Positions 18,958 through 27,500 of a stretch of DNA of 64,000 nucleotides are shown piece by piece; position 1 is the stretch's first letter; each line of letters begins with the position of its first letter. Both the position numbers and the translations under genes were made by a program. Where the stretch lies: contig CAVTIC010000006.1 in assembly GCA_963734685.1 (NCBI GenBank), positions 286,977 through 350,976 of the forward strand, written 5' to 3'. The stretch comes from an uncultured Actinomycetes bacterium. GTDB taxonomy: Bacteria; Actinomycetota; UBA4738; HRBIN12. The notes under the pieces are model-generated. The model worked only from the letters and a program-made list of their open reading frames with translations. It was not told where the DNA came from and searched no databases.

Positions 18958-19413
18958 GTGCGGATCACCTCTGCGTTCGAACCCTTGGCCCCGGATGCGG
19001 TCGCCCGCATCCTGCGCGGGCTGCCCGCGGCCGACGGCTACGCGGTGCACGTGAAGCCCCTGCGCTACCGGGAACGTCCGCACCTGTCGGCCTGGACCGA
19101 TTTCGACGAGCGGACGATCACGCTGCAGGTGCCCGAGCCGTTCTTCCCGTTCGGCGAGGTGGTGCCGTACGCGGCGAAACGCCGTCCTGGCAAGCGACTG
19201 CGGTTCATCTGGCTGACCGAAGGGGTGACGTTCCGGACGCCGCGAGAGGTGTTGCGCTTCCTCTACTGCCACGAGTGGATGCACTGGTACCTGCGCGAGG
19301 TGCTGGGCAAGCGATCGGCCGCCGAGACGGCGTGCGACCGATTCGCCCTGCGGAACTACCGCCGCCGCGAGGTGACCGAGGCCGATGCCGAGCTCGCGCT
19401 GCGCAGGACGTGA
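18958..19413 (+). CDS. hypothetical protein with HExxH motif (putative zinc metallopeptidase-like)
   Basis: ORF 18958..19413 contains LYCHEWMHWYL, which holds an H-E-x-x-H motif. The family was not identified. Confidence 0.45.
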   Translation: MRITSAFEPLAPDAVARILRGLPAADGYAVHVKPLRYRERPHLSAWTDFDERTITLQVPEPFFPFGEVVPYAAKRRPGKRLRFIWLTEGVTFRTPREVLRFLYCHEWMHWYLREVLGKRSAAETACDRFALRNYRRREVTEADAELALRRT

Positions 19414-19428
19414 CGACCGCCCAGGCGG

Positions 19429-20079
19429 CTACCGCGCTCCGATCGCGCTCTCGAGGAGCACCGTGAAGTGCTCGACCCGCATGCGCTGGCGCTCCGGCTG
19501 ACCAGCGAGGCGGTGGAACAACCCTGGGTCGAGCTCCTCGGTGACCATCGCGTCCTGCAGGGAGTTCGAGAGCCAGTCGACCATCGAGACGATGATCTCG
19601 AGGTCAACGTCGGCGCGGACCTCACCGCGCTGCTGCCCCCATTCGACGAACTCGAGGGTGCCGTAGGGATCCTCGCTCACGAGCCAGCGGTTGATCTCGC
19701 GCTTCAGGGAGAGGTCGGTGCCGTAGTTGCCGATCAACACGACGCGGTTGGGGATCCAGTCTTCCTTGATCAGGTGCTCGGTGCGTTCGAGCCAGAAGCG
19801 CACCGTCGTGAAGAACCCGTTCGCCTGCACGTCGCCGGGGGCGTCGAGCCAGGCGGGGAGCGTGAGCACCGCTCGCTTGTACGCCTGCAGGAACAGGCCG
19901 GCCTTCGAACCGAAGTGCTGGAAGATCGAGCCCTTCGCGATGCCGAGCTCCGCGGCGATGTCCTCGACCTTGGCGCCCTGGTAGCCGTGCTCGGCGAACT
20001 GACGCATCGCGGCATCCACGATGCGATCGCGCTTGGCCTGCGTCTTCGCGTTGCGGGGCGACTTCGGTTCGGCGACCAT
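19429..20079 (-). CDS. TetR/AcrR family transcriptional regulator
   Basis: The N-terminal HTH is RDRIVDAAMRQFAEHGYQGAKVEDIAAELGIAKGSIFQHFGSK. AGGAG lies 5 nt upstream of the ATG. Confidence 0.9.
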   Translation of the reverse strand: MVAEPKSPRNAKTQAKRDRIVDAAMRQFAEHGYQGAKVEDIAAELGIAKGSIFQHFGSKAGLFLQAYKRAVLTLPAWLDAPGDVQANGFFTTVRFWLERTEHLIKEDWIPNRVVLIGNYGTDLSLKREINRWLVSEDPYGTLEFVEWGQQRGEVRADVDLEIIVSMVDWLSNSLQDAMVTEELDPGLFHRLAGQPERQRMRVEHFTVLLESAIGAR

Positions 20080-20132
20080 CGGGCTCCTGAGCGGGTGGTG
20101 GGAACAGGGTACGGAGCGGCCGTCCCGATGAC

Positions 20133-20145
20133 TGACCCAAGGTCA
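20133..20145. promoter_or_regulatory. operator-like palindrome TGACC-CAA-GGTCA
   Basis: A perfect 5+5 inverted repeat in the TetR/corrinoid-operon divergent intergenic region. A second copy lies 91 bp away. Confidence 0.5.
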
Positions 20146-20223
20146 TACCCAGTGCCCGGCCGGGGCTCCCTTCGAGGCCCGCTCGCTGGCATCATCGGAT
20201 GCTGAGGGCCACGGCACAAGGGC

Positions 20224-20236
20224 TGACCTGAGGTCA
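20224..20236. promoter_or_regulatory. operator-like palindrome TGACC-TGA-GGTCA
   Basis: Same half-sites and flanks (cTGACCnnnGGTCAt) as the site at 20133. Confidence 0.5.
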
Positions 20237-20247
20237 TGCTTCGTGTG

Positions 20248-20271
20248 ACCCAACGAGGAACCCAACGAGGA
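20248..20271 (+). repeat. perfect tandem duplication of 12 nt (ACCCAACGAGGA x2)
   Basis: 20248-20259 equals 20260-20271. Each unit carries GAGGA, and the repeat lies 16 nt upstream of ATG 20288. Confidence 0.85.
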
Positions 20272-20287
20272 GCCGAGGGGACCGTCG

Positions 20288-20942
20288 ATGCAGGAAGACC
20301 TCGAGGTATTGAAGCGATCGTTGATCGCCGCCGACTCTGGACCTCGGCGTCGCCGCTGCCCACCGCTTGGTCGACTCCGGCGCGGATCCGAAGTGGATCC
20401 TCGAGGAAGGCATGGCCGTGGCCATGTTCGACCTCGGCGAGATGTGGAAGCGCGGGGAGGTGTTCCTGCCCGAGGTCGTGGCGAGCGCCGAGGTGTTCAA
20501 GCGCTGCAACGAGATCGTCGAACCCGTGTTGTTGGCCCAGAAGGATCCGAACGCGGAAGCCAACGCACTCGTGCTGCTCGCCACCGTGAAGGGCGACCTG
20601 CACGACCTCGGCAAGAACATGGTGGGCGCGATGCTCCGAACGTCGGGATTCGACGTCCACGACCTGGGCAAGGATGTCAGCGCCGATCGCATCATCGAGG
20701 CGATCGGCGAGCTGCATCCGAAGATCGTCGGCCTGTCGGCTCTCCTCACCACCACCGTTCCCTACCAGGAGACGGTGATCAGGAAGCTGGAAGCAGCAGG
20801 CCTTCGCGACCAGGTCATCGTCATGGTCGGCGGCGCGCCCGTGACGCCTGAGTGGGCCGACAAGATCGGCGCCGACGGCTACGCCAACAACGCGCCCGAG
20901 GCGGTCGAGATCGCGAAGAAGCTGGTAGGAGCGCCGGTATGA
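20288..20942 (+). CDS. corrinoid (B12-binding) protein of a methyltransferase system, one frame break near 20335
   Basis: The B12-binding motif is GDLHDLGKN (DxHxxG), followed by a Rossmann-like domain (ORF 20367..20942). The N-terminal cap helix MQEDLEVLKRSLIAAD is in another frame. Removing one base restores ...AADLDLGVAAAHRLVDSGADP. Confidence 0.8.
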
Positions 20943-21937
20943 GCCGCTCAGAGAGCTGGGCAGCGAGCCAGGTCGCGGTCACCACGCTGACCGGCCCGGG
21001 GGGCGAGGTCCGCATCGGCGACGGGCACCCGTTCGTCATCATCGGCGAGCGCATCAATCCGACCGGCCGCACGAAGCTCACGGAGGAGATGAAGGTCGGG
21101 GTCATGGCCACCGTGCAGGCCGACGCGATCGCCCAGGTGCAGGCCGGCGCCGCGGTGCTCGACCTCAACGCGGGGATCCCCGGATTCGACGAGCCGGCGA
21201 TGCTCTCGCAGGTCGTCAAGGCGGTGCACGGTGTCGTCGACGTGCCTCTGTGCATCGACTCGTCCACGCCCGAGGCGCTCGAGGCAGCCGTGCCGCTCGC
21301 ACAGGGCAAGGTGCTGATCAACTCCGTCACGGCCGAGGGCCACTCGCTCGAGCGCCTGTTGCCGCTGGTGAAGAAGTTCGGTGCCGCGGTGATCGGCATG
21401 GCCAACGACGAGGAGGGCATCTCGATGGATCCGGGCGCACGGCTCGCAGCCGCTCGCAGGATCGTTGACGCAGCCGCAGATCACGGCATCCCGCGCGAGG
21501 ACGTCATCATCGACCCGCTCACGATGCCCATCGGCGCTGCCGGCGATGCCGCGACCGCGATGTTCGAGACCGTGCGGCTGGTCCGTGACGAGCTCGGCGT
21601 CAACGTGAGCTGCGGCGCCTCGAACATCTCGTTCGGCATGCCCGATCGTCGAGGGATCGACGCCGCGTTCCTCACGATGTCGGCGATGGCGGGCATGAAC
21701 ACCGCGATCACGAACCCCCTCCACGGGCCGGTACGGCGCGCGTTGCTCGCGAGCGACCTGCTGCTCGGACGTGACCGGTTCGGCTCCGCGTGGATCGCGG
21801 ACCACCGCGCGCAGACCGGCGCCGGGACTCCCGGGGCGGGGGGTCCGGCGGGCTCAAGCAGCGAGGCGCAGCCGAGCGGTAGCCCCCTGGGGGGCTCACG
21901 CAGCGAGTCACAGCCGAGCGACCCCCCGGGACGATGA
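20939..21937 (+). CDS. methyltetrahydrofolate:corrinoid methyltransferase (pterin-binding domain protein)
   Basis: ORF 20852..21937 trimmed to ATG 20939 (ATGA overlap with the upstream stop). Family blocks are IIGERINPTGR, VLDLNAG, CIDSS, INSV and GASNISFG. Confidence 0.8.
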   Translation: MSRSESWAASQVAVTTLTGPGGEVRIGDGHPFVIIGERINPTGRTKLTEEMKVGVMATVQADAIAQVQAGAAVLDLNAGIPGFDEPAMLSQVVKAVHGVVDVPLCIDSSTPEALEAAVPLAQGKVLINSVTAEGHSLERLLPLVKKFGAAVIGMANDEEGISMDPGARLAAARRIVDAAADHGIPREDVIIDPLTMPIGAAGDAATAMFETVRLVRDELGVNVSCGASNISFGMPDRRGIDAAFLTMSAMAGMNTAITNPLHGPVRRALLASDLLLGRDRFGSAWIADHRAQTGAGTPGAGGPAGSSSEAQPSGSPLGGSRSESQPSDPPGR

Positions 21938-23820
21938 ACCGAAAGCTCGAGGTTCGCTACGAACCCAGCGGCACCACCGTGCACGTGCCCCCCGGAACGA
22001 CGCTGTTCAACGCGGCGCACTGGGCGGGCATCCCGATCGAGTCGACCTGCGGCGGTCGCGGCACGTGCGGCAAGTGCAAGGTGCGGGTGCTGCAGGGTCA
22101 CGCCGAGCGGACGCTCGCCGACTACCGGCACGTGAACGAGGGGCTGGACGAGGGCTGGCGCCTGTCGTGCCAGTGCGAGGTCACCGAAGACATGGCGGTC
22201 GACGTTCCTCGCGCGATGTCGGTGCCCAAGGCAGCGACGATGGGCGTGGGGCGATTCGTGCTCCTGGAGCCCAACGCGGCGAAGTTCCTGCTCACGCTTG
22301 ACGCACCCACGATCGAGGACCCACGCAGCCGGCTGCGTCGCGTCACCGACGCGCTGGTGGTCGAGGGGCTCGAGGTCACGCACGCCGCCAGCGTGCTGCC
22401 GCGACTGGCCGCGGCGATCGACGACGACGAGGATTCCACGTTCACCGCCACCCTGATCGGGGACCGCCTCGTCGACGTCGAGCCCGGCGACACCACCGAC
22501 CGGCTCTTCGGTGTGTCGATCGACGTCGGCACCACGACGGTGGTCGCGACCCTCATGGACCTCCGCGCGGGAGCCGCCGCCGCCGTCGAATCGACGATCA
22601 ACCGCCAGGCGCCGTTCGGCGCCGACGTGCTGACGCGTGTGAGCCACACGCAGATGCACGGCCCCGAGGCGTTGGAGCAGCTCCGGACCGCGATCGTCGG
22701 CACGATCGACGGCCTGCTCGGAAGCGTGTGCGCCACCGCGGGCATCGCGCGCCACGACGTTCTCGAAGTGGTGGCGGCAGGCAACGCGACGATGCTGCAC
22801 CTGCTGCTCGGCGTCGATCCCGAGTCGATCGGCCGGTCGCCGTTCATCGCCACGTTCCTGGAGCCCCAAGATCTGCGCGCCGCCGATGCCGGCATCGCCA
22901 TCCACCCGGAGGGGCGGCTCGTGCTGTTCCCGTCGATCGGCGCCTACGTCGGCGCCGATATCGTCGCCGACATCGTGGCCACCGGCATCGCACGCGAGCG
23001 CGTCACGCGGCTCCTGGTCGACGTCGGCACGAACGGCGAGATCGTGGTCGGCAACGAGGACCGCGTCGTCACCACCGCCGCGCCGGCAGGCCCGGCGTTC
23101 GAGGGCGGCCAGATCCTGCACGGCATGCGCGCTACCGAGGGCGCGATCGAGGGAGTGGTCCTCGACGTCGCCGCCGAGGAGCCGAGCGGCGTCGTGCGGC
23201 TCCAGGTGATCGGCGGCGACGTCGAGCCTCTCGGCATCTGCGGTTCCGGCCTGATCGACATCGTGGCGCAGCTCCGTCTCGCCGGCCTGCTCGGTGACAG
23301 CGGCATGCTGGTCTCGCCCGACGAGGCGGTCGAGCAGGGTCATCCGCTCTCCGGGCGTCTGCACGTGGACGACGAAGGCGTGCGCCGGTTCGCGCTGACC
23401 GACGACGTGGCCATCACCCAGAAGGACATCCGAGAGCTTCAGCAGGCGAAGGGTGCGATCGCGACCGGCATCGAAGCCGCGATGCGAGAGCGGGGGCTGG
23501 TTGCGGGGGATCTCGACGAGGTGCTGCTCGCCGGTTCCTTCGGCACATACATCGACCCGCTCGGCGCTCGGGTGCTGGGGCTCGTGCCACCGGTGGCGGC
23601 CGACAAGATCCGTGCCGTCGGCAATACGGCGAACGAGGGCGCGAAGATGGCGCTGCTGTCGTTCCGTGAGCGGGAGGTGGCGTTCGAGCTGCCGGCGTTC
23701 GTCGAGTACCTTGAGCTCTCGGGGGTGGAGGATTTCAACGATCGGTTCATCGCGAACGTGGGGTTCCCGCCGCTCGACCTCGTGAGGCCGGGCGCCGTCG
23801 CGGGGGACTCGATCCGATGA
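21934..23820 (+). CDS. corrinoid activation/regeneration protein (RACo-type; 2Fe-2S ferredoxin plus ASKHA ATPase domains)
   Basis: The N-terminus carries CGGRGTCGKCKV. It is followed by DVGTTT and DVGTNGE phosphate-binding loops typical of RACo/RamA-like activases. The start has an ATGA overlap. Confidence 0.8.
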   Translation: MNRKLEVRYEPSGTTVHVPPGTTLFNAAHWAGIPIESTCGGRGTCGKCKVRVLQGHAERTLADYRHVNEGLDEGWRLSCQCEVTEDMAVDVPRAMSVPKAATMGVGRFVLLEPNAAKFLLTLDAPTIEDPRSRLRRVTDALVVEGLEVTHAASVLPRLAAAIDDDEDSTFTATLIGDRLVDVEPGDTTDRLFGVSIDVGTTTVVATLMDLRAGAAAAVESTINRQAPFGADVLTRVSHTQMHGPEALEQLRTAIVGTIDGLLGSVCATAGIARHDVLEVVAAGNATMLHLLLGVDPESIGRSPFIATFLEPQDLRAADAGIAIHPEGRLVLFPSIGAYVGADIVADIVATGIARERVTRLLVDVGTNGEIVVGNEDRVVTTAAPAGPAFEGGQILHGMRATEGAIEGVVLDVAAEEPSGVVRLQVIGGDVEPLGICGSGLIDIVAQLRLAGLLGDSGMLVSPDEAVEQGHPLSGRLHVDDEGVRRFALTDDVAITQKDIRELQQAKGAIATGIEAAMRERGLVAGDLDEVLLAGSFGTYIDPLGARVLGLVPPVAADKIRAVGNTANEGAKMALLSFREREVAFELPAFVEYLELSGVEDFNDRFIANVGFPPLDLVRPGAVAGDSIR

Positions 23821-24428
23821 CGGCCAGCGGTGTGAGCGTGGCCTTCGTCGCCTGCGGCGCCGTGGCGATCGACACGAAGACGCTCGTCGATCGGCACGGC
23901 TGGGACGCCGACGTGCACGGTATCTCGAGCGATCTGCACATGACGCCGCTCGAGATCGCACCGGCGGTCGAGGAGAAGCTCAAGCTCCTGTTGCCGAGGT
24001 ACGACCGCGTGATCGTGGTCTACGGCGATTGCGGCACCGGTGGAAGGCTCGACGAGGTGCTCTCGCGCTACCCCGCCGTGCGACCCGCCGGGGTGCATTG
24101 CTTCCAGTGGTACGCGGGTGAGCTGTACCGACGGTTCGAGACCGACATCGGCATCTACTTCCTGACCGACTGGCTCGTGACCAACTGGGAGCGCGCGGTG
24201 ATCAAGGGGCTCGGGCTCGACCGGTTCCCGTGGCTTCGCGCGACGTACTTCGGCAACCTCTCTCGCGTGCTCTTCGTGCGCCAGCACGCCGACCCCGAGC
24301 GCGAGGCGAAAGCTCGCGAGATCGCCGAGTACATGGGCAAGCCCCTCGAGATCCACGACCTCGGCATCGAGCCTCTCGAGGAGCTGCTCGTTCCCCTGAT
24401 GGAGGAGACCGACGATGTTCGAGCCTGA
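23817..24428 (+). CDS. DUF1638 domain protein
   Basis: ORF 23817..24428 has VIVVYGDCGTGG and IYFLTDW blocks. Its start overlaps the RACo stop (ATGA), and its end overlaps the MttB-family gene by 14 nt. Confidence 0.6.
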   Translation: MTASGVSVAFVACGAVAIDTKTLVDRHGWDADVHGISSDLHMTPLEIAPAVEEKLKLLLPRYDRVIVVYGDCGTGGRLDEVLSRYPAVRPAGVHCFQWYAGELYRRFETDIGIYFLTDWLVTNWERAVIKGLGLDRFPWLRATYFGNLSRVLFVRQHADPEREAKAREIAEYMGKPLEIHDLGIEPLEELLVPLMEETDDVRA

Positions 24429-25872
24429 GAACGCCCCGCGCATCCTCACCGAGGAGCAGGAGGAGACGGTTCACGAGGTCGCCATGCGCATCCTCGAGGA
24501 GATCGGCACCGACGTGAAGCACGACGAGGCGCGGAAGCTGCTCGCCGAGGCAGGGCTGAAGGTCGAGGACGAGCGGGTGCACTGGGACCGAGGCTTCGTG
24601 ATGGAGCAGGTCGCGAAGGCGCCGTCGTCGTTCCGGCTGCGGGCACGCAACCCGGAACGGTCGGTCACGGTGGGGGGCTCGGATGGCGTGCCGGTATGGA
24701 TGAACGTCGGCGGCCCCCCGTTCGCGAGCGACCTCGACGAGGGGCGACGCAGCGGCCGCATCCAGGACCACGACACCCTCATCAAGCTGACGCAGGCGAC
24801 CGACGTCCTGAACTGTGTGCAGACGGGCGCCGCTGAGGCGACCGACCTCCAGATGGAGACCCGTCACATGGACATGGAGTACTCCACGATCCGGTACTCG
24901 GACAAGCCGTACACCTCGTACGGCACCAGCGGTCCGCGCGCACGCGACGGCATCCGCATGGCCGAGATCGTGCATGGGGGGCGCGAGGCGATCGAGACGG
25001 AACCGGCGCTCATGGGCATCGTGAACCCGAACTCACCGCTGATCTGGGACTTCCGCATGACCGACGCCCTGATCGCATGGGCCGAAGCGAAGCAGCCGAT
25101 CGTCGTGACACCGTTCCTGCTGGCCGGCGCCACGAGTGCGGTGAGCGTGAGCGGCGGGCTCACGCAGCAGGTCGCCGAGGCCCTCAGCGGCGTCGCTCTC
25201 GCCCAGCTGGTGCGCGAGGGCGTGCCGTGCCTCTACGGGTCGTTCTTCACGGTGACCGACATGCGGACGGGATCGCCGGCGTTCGGCACGCCCGAGTCGG
25301 TGTGGGGCATCCTCGCCGGCGCTCAGCTGGCGCGGCGCTACAGGCTGCCGTTCCGCGGGGGGGGAGGTCTCGCCTCGAGCCCCGCGGTCGATGCGCAGGC
25401 CGCAGCCGAGACCCAGATGATGCTCTGGGCCACGAACCTCGCCGCGACCGACGTCGTGCTGCATGCCGCCGGGTGGCTCGAGGGTGGCCTCACCGCGTCG
25501 TTCGAGAAGTTCGCGCTCGACGTGGAGCTGCTGCGTCAGTTCCAGGTGCAGGCCCGCGGCATCGGCCTCAGCGACGAGGAGATCGCCTTCGATGCGTTGA
25601 AGGAGACCGGTCCCGGCGGCCTGTTCCTGGCGTCGCCGCACACCCGCGCCCACTTCAAGGAGTGGCTCTACATGTCGCCGCTGTTCCAGACCCCCGACTT
25701 CGCGACCTGGGAGACGATGGGCTCGGAGACCACCGAGGTGGCGGCCAACAGGGCGTGGAAGGAACTGCTTGCGTCGTACGAGGACCCGGGGCTCGATCCC
25801 GGCGTGGACGAGGAGCTCAAGGCGTACATGGCGAGCCGCAGCGACGCGCCCGACCTCTTCGTCGAGGACTGA
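24415..25872 (+). CDS. MttB superfamily methyltransferase, non-pyrrolysine type (quaternary amine/betaine:corrinoid methyltransferase candidate)
   Basis: A 485-aa ORF with no in-frame TAG. It has MttB-like blocks throughout (ILTEEQ...IHEVAMRILEEIG, VNPNSPL, PFLLAGATSAVS, FEKFALDVELL). Confidence 0.8.
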   Translation: MFEPENAPRILTEEQEETVHEVAMRILEEIGTDVKHDEARKLLAEAGLKVEDERVHWDRGFVMEQVAKAPSSFRLRARNPERSVTVGGSDGVPVWMNVGGPPFASDLDEGRRSGRIQDHDTLIKLTQATDVLNCVQTGAAEATDLQMETRHMDMEYSTIRYSDKPYTSYGTSGPRARDGIRMAEIVHGGREAIETEPALMGIVNPNSPLIWDFRMTDALIAWAEAKQPIVVTPFLLAGATSAVSVSGGLTQQVAEALSGVALAQLVREGVPCLYGSFFTVTDMRTGSPAFGTPESVWGILAGAQLARRYRLPFRGGGGLASSPAVDAQAAAETQMMLWATNLAATDVVLHAAGWLEGGLTASFEKFALDVELLRQFQVQARGIGLSDEEIAFDALKETGPGGLFLASPHTRAHFKEWLYMSPLFQTPDFATWETMGSETTEVAANRAWKELLASYEDPGLDPGVDEELKAYMASRSDAPDLFVED

Positions 25873-25875
25873 GGC

Positions 25876-26769
25876 TCAGAGAGCCCCGGCGAGGGTACGC
25901 TCGAGGATGTCGGCCGCCTCGACGATGTCCTCGCCCAGGTAGGTGCCGGGCACGTCCTTGCGGGCGGCCGCCGGGCCGAACGCCGCGCCCCCGTAGAAGG
26001 CCTCGACACCCGGCAGCGCGTCCACGGCGACGATCGCTTCCACCGCCGATCGCCGGGTGACGCTGCGCTGGCTCGACACGACCGCACCGTGTGCCTCGGC
26101 AGCTCGCACGGCCGCCACGAGTGAGGAGACGGGCGTGAGCGGGCCGAGCGTGCGGATCGACCACCCGCGTCGGGCGAGCACGACACCGAAGGCCTCGAGG
26201 CCGATCGTATGCAGGTCCTTCGGACCGCAGGCGAGCACGAGCGGGAACGGGCGGAACGGCGCCGGCGCCATCACCGACTGCCGGGCCAGCCACACGCGCA
26301 CGGCTTCGGTGGCCAGGTGCTCATGGGCGGTGTCGCAGACCCCCGCCTTCCAGCGGCTGCCCATCTCGCGCATCGCCGGCAGAGCCACGGTGCGCATCGT
26401 GTCCTCGACGCCCATCGACTCGGCACCGGTCATCAGCGTCTCTCGGATCTTGGTGGGGTCGAGCTTCATCGACGCTTCCAGGAAGCGGTCCAGCAGCTCT
26501 GCCCGAGGCCGATCCTCTGTCGCGTAGCGCCGAACGATGTCGACCGCCTCACTCGCGGAGTGCCCGCGCGTGATCTCGTCGCGCATCATTCGAAGCTGGT
26601 CGACCTCGTCGACGGAGTACCGGCGGTGCTTGCCTCGTGTTCGAGAGGGGACGGGGAAGCCGTACCGTCGCTCCCACGACCGGATCGTCGGGACCGGGAT
26701 GCCGAGGAGCGACGACACGGCGGCGATCGTCATCTGCGTCGTGGAGGGAGAAGCGTGCATCGGTTGCAT
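25876..26769 (-). CDS. MerR-family regulator with C-terminal B12-binding domain (CarH/LitR-like)
   Basis: The MerR HTH is MTIAAVSSLLGIPVPTIRSWERRYG. The Wx9EH motif (WKAGVCDTAHEH) and DxHxxG motif (KDLHTIG) are both present. The start was set at ATG 26769 because TACCCT lies 6 nt upstream. Confidence 0.8.
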   Translation of the reverse strand: MQPMHASPSTTQMTIAAVSSLLGIPVPTIRSWERRYGFPVPSRTRGKHRRYSVDEVDQLRMMRDEITRGHSASEAVDIVRRYATEDRPRAELLDRFLEASMKLDPTKIRETLMTGAESMGVEDTMRTVALPAMREMGSRWKAGVCDTAHEHLATEAVRVWLARQSVMAPAPFRPFPLVLACGPKDLHTIGLEAFGVVLARRGWSIRTLGPLTPVSSLVAAVRAAEAHGAVVSSQRSVTRRSAVEAIVAVDALPGVEAFYGGAAFGPAAARKDVPGTYLGEDIVEAADILERTLAGAL

Positions 26770-26775
26770 GCGCCA

Positions 26776-26781
26776 AGGGTA
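26776..26781 (-). promoter_or_regulatory. -10-like hexamer TACCCT, 6 nt upstream of ATG 26769
   Basis: TANNNT hexamer on the minus strand with no SD. Confidence 0.4.
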
Positions 26782-26920
26782 GGGTTGAGCAGGGCACAGG
26801 GTCAACGGACGACTGCATGGATTCAGCCGAGAACCCATGCACAGGTGCATGGGATACCAAGGTCATGAAGCGTTCACGACGGTCGAGGTGACGGATCGAT
26901 GACGTTGGCGCTCGTCGAGA

Positions 26921-27418
26921 TCAGCGACGGCCTGCTGGCCGCCCGAGCCGCTCCGAGGTCGCCAGGTCGCGGCGGACGCTCGGCAGCCATGGGAGCGTCA
27001 ACATGGCAAGGCCGAACAGTGCGACCACCGGCTGTGGACCGCCCCTCAGGTCGATCAACGCGAGCTGCAGCACGATCCACAGGAGCGTTCCCGCGCCCAT
27101 GATCTGCACCGCGAGCCACGACCAGTGCTCCGTGCGGATGGGGTCGAGGCGTTCCACCAGCCCCCAAGCGTGCCGTGTTGCGAGGCCCCACGCGATCACG
27201 GCGGGCACGATGCCCATCACCACGATCAGGAACCATCCCACCGCGGTCCAGTCGTCGATCGGCGTGCGGTCGAGCGAGATGTGATCGGCTCCGATCACCG
27301 CGCCCGTGGGGTCGGCGATCAGCTGCGGCCCCGTGACGAGCCCTCCGATGGCGATGAGCGACAGGATGCCCACGAGGGCCCAGACGGCGATCGGGCGGTG
27401 ACGTCGCTCGGCGTCCAT
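26921..27418 (-). CDS. hypothetical integral membrane protein
   Basis: ORF 26921..27562 trimmed to ATG 27418 (CATGCT 6 nt upstream). It has four predicted TM helices. Confidence 0.55.
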   Translation of the reverse strand: MDAERRHRPIAVWALVGILSLIAIGGLVTGPQLIADPTGAVIGADHISLDRTPIDDWTAVGWFLIVVMGIVPAVIAWGLATRHAWGLVERLDPIRTEHWSWLAVQIMGAGTLLWIVLQLALIDLRGGPQPVVALFGLAMLTLPWLPSVRRDLATSERLGRPAGRR

Positions 27419-27500
27419 GGCTCGAGCATGCCGCAGTCGTCCGCCCCTCGCTCGGCACATCGACCCATGACCGCCGGGACGTCCGTACCGGACGAGCAGC

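Noticed and set aside
21481-23961. 826-aa minus-strand ORF antisense to the RACo-type activase gene
   Set aside because: It is a shadow ORF with no recognisable motifs and an extreme Arg/Asp/Gly/His bias. The plus strand carries the 2Fe-2S and ASKHA motifs.
24415-25872. Pyrrolysine (in-frame TAG) in the MttB-family gene
   Set aside because: The 485-codon frame is open with no internal TAG, and no pyl genes are nearby, so this is a non-Pyl MttB homolog.
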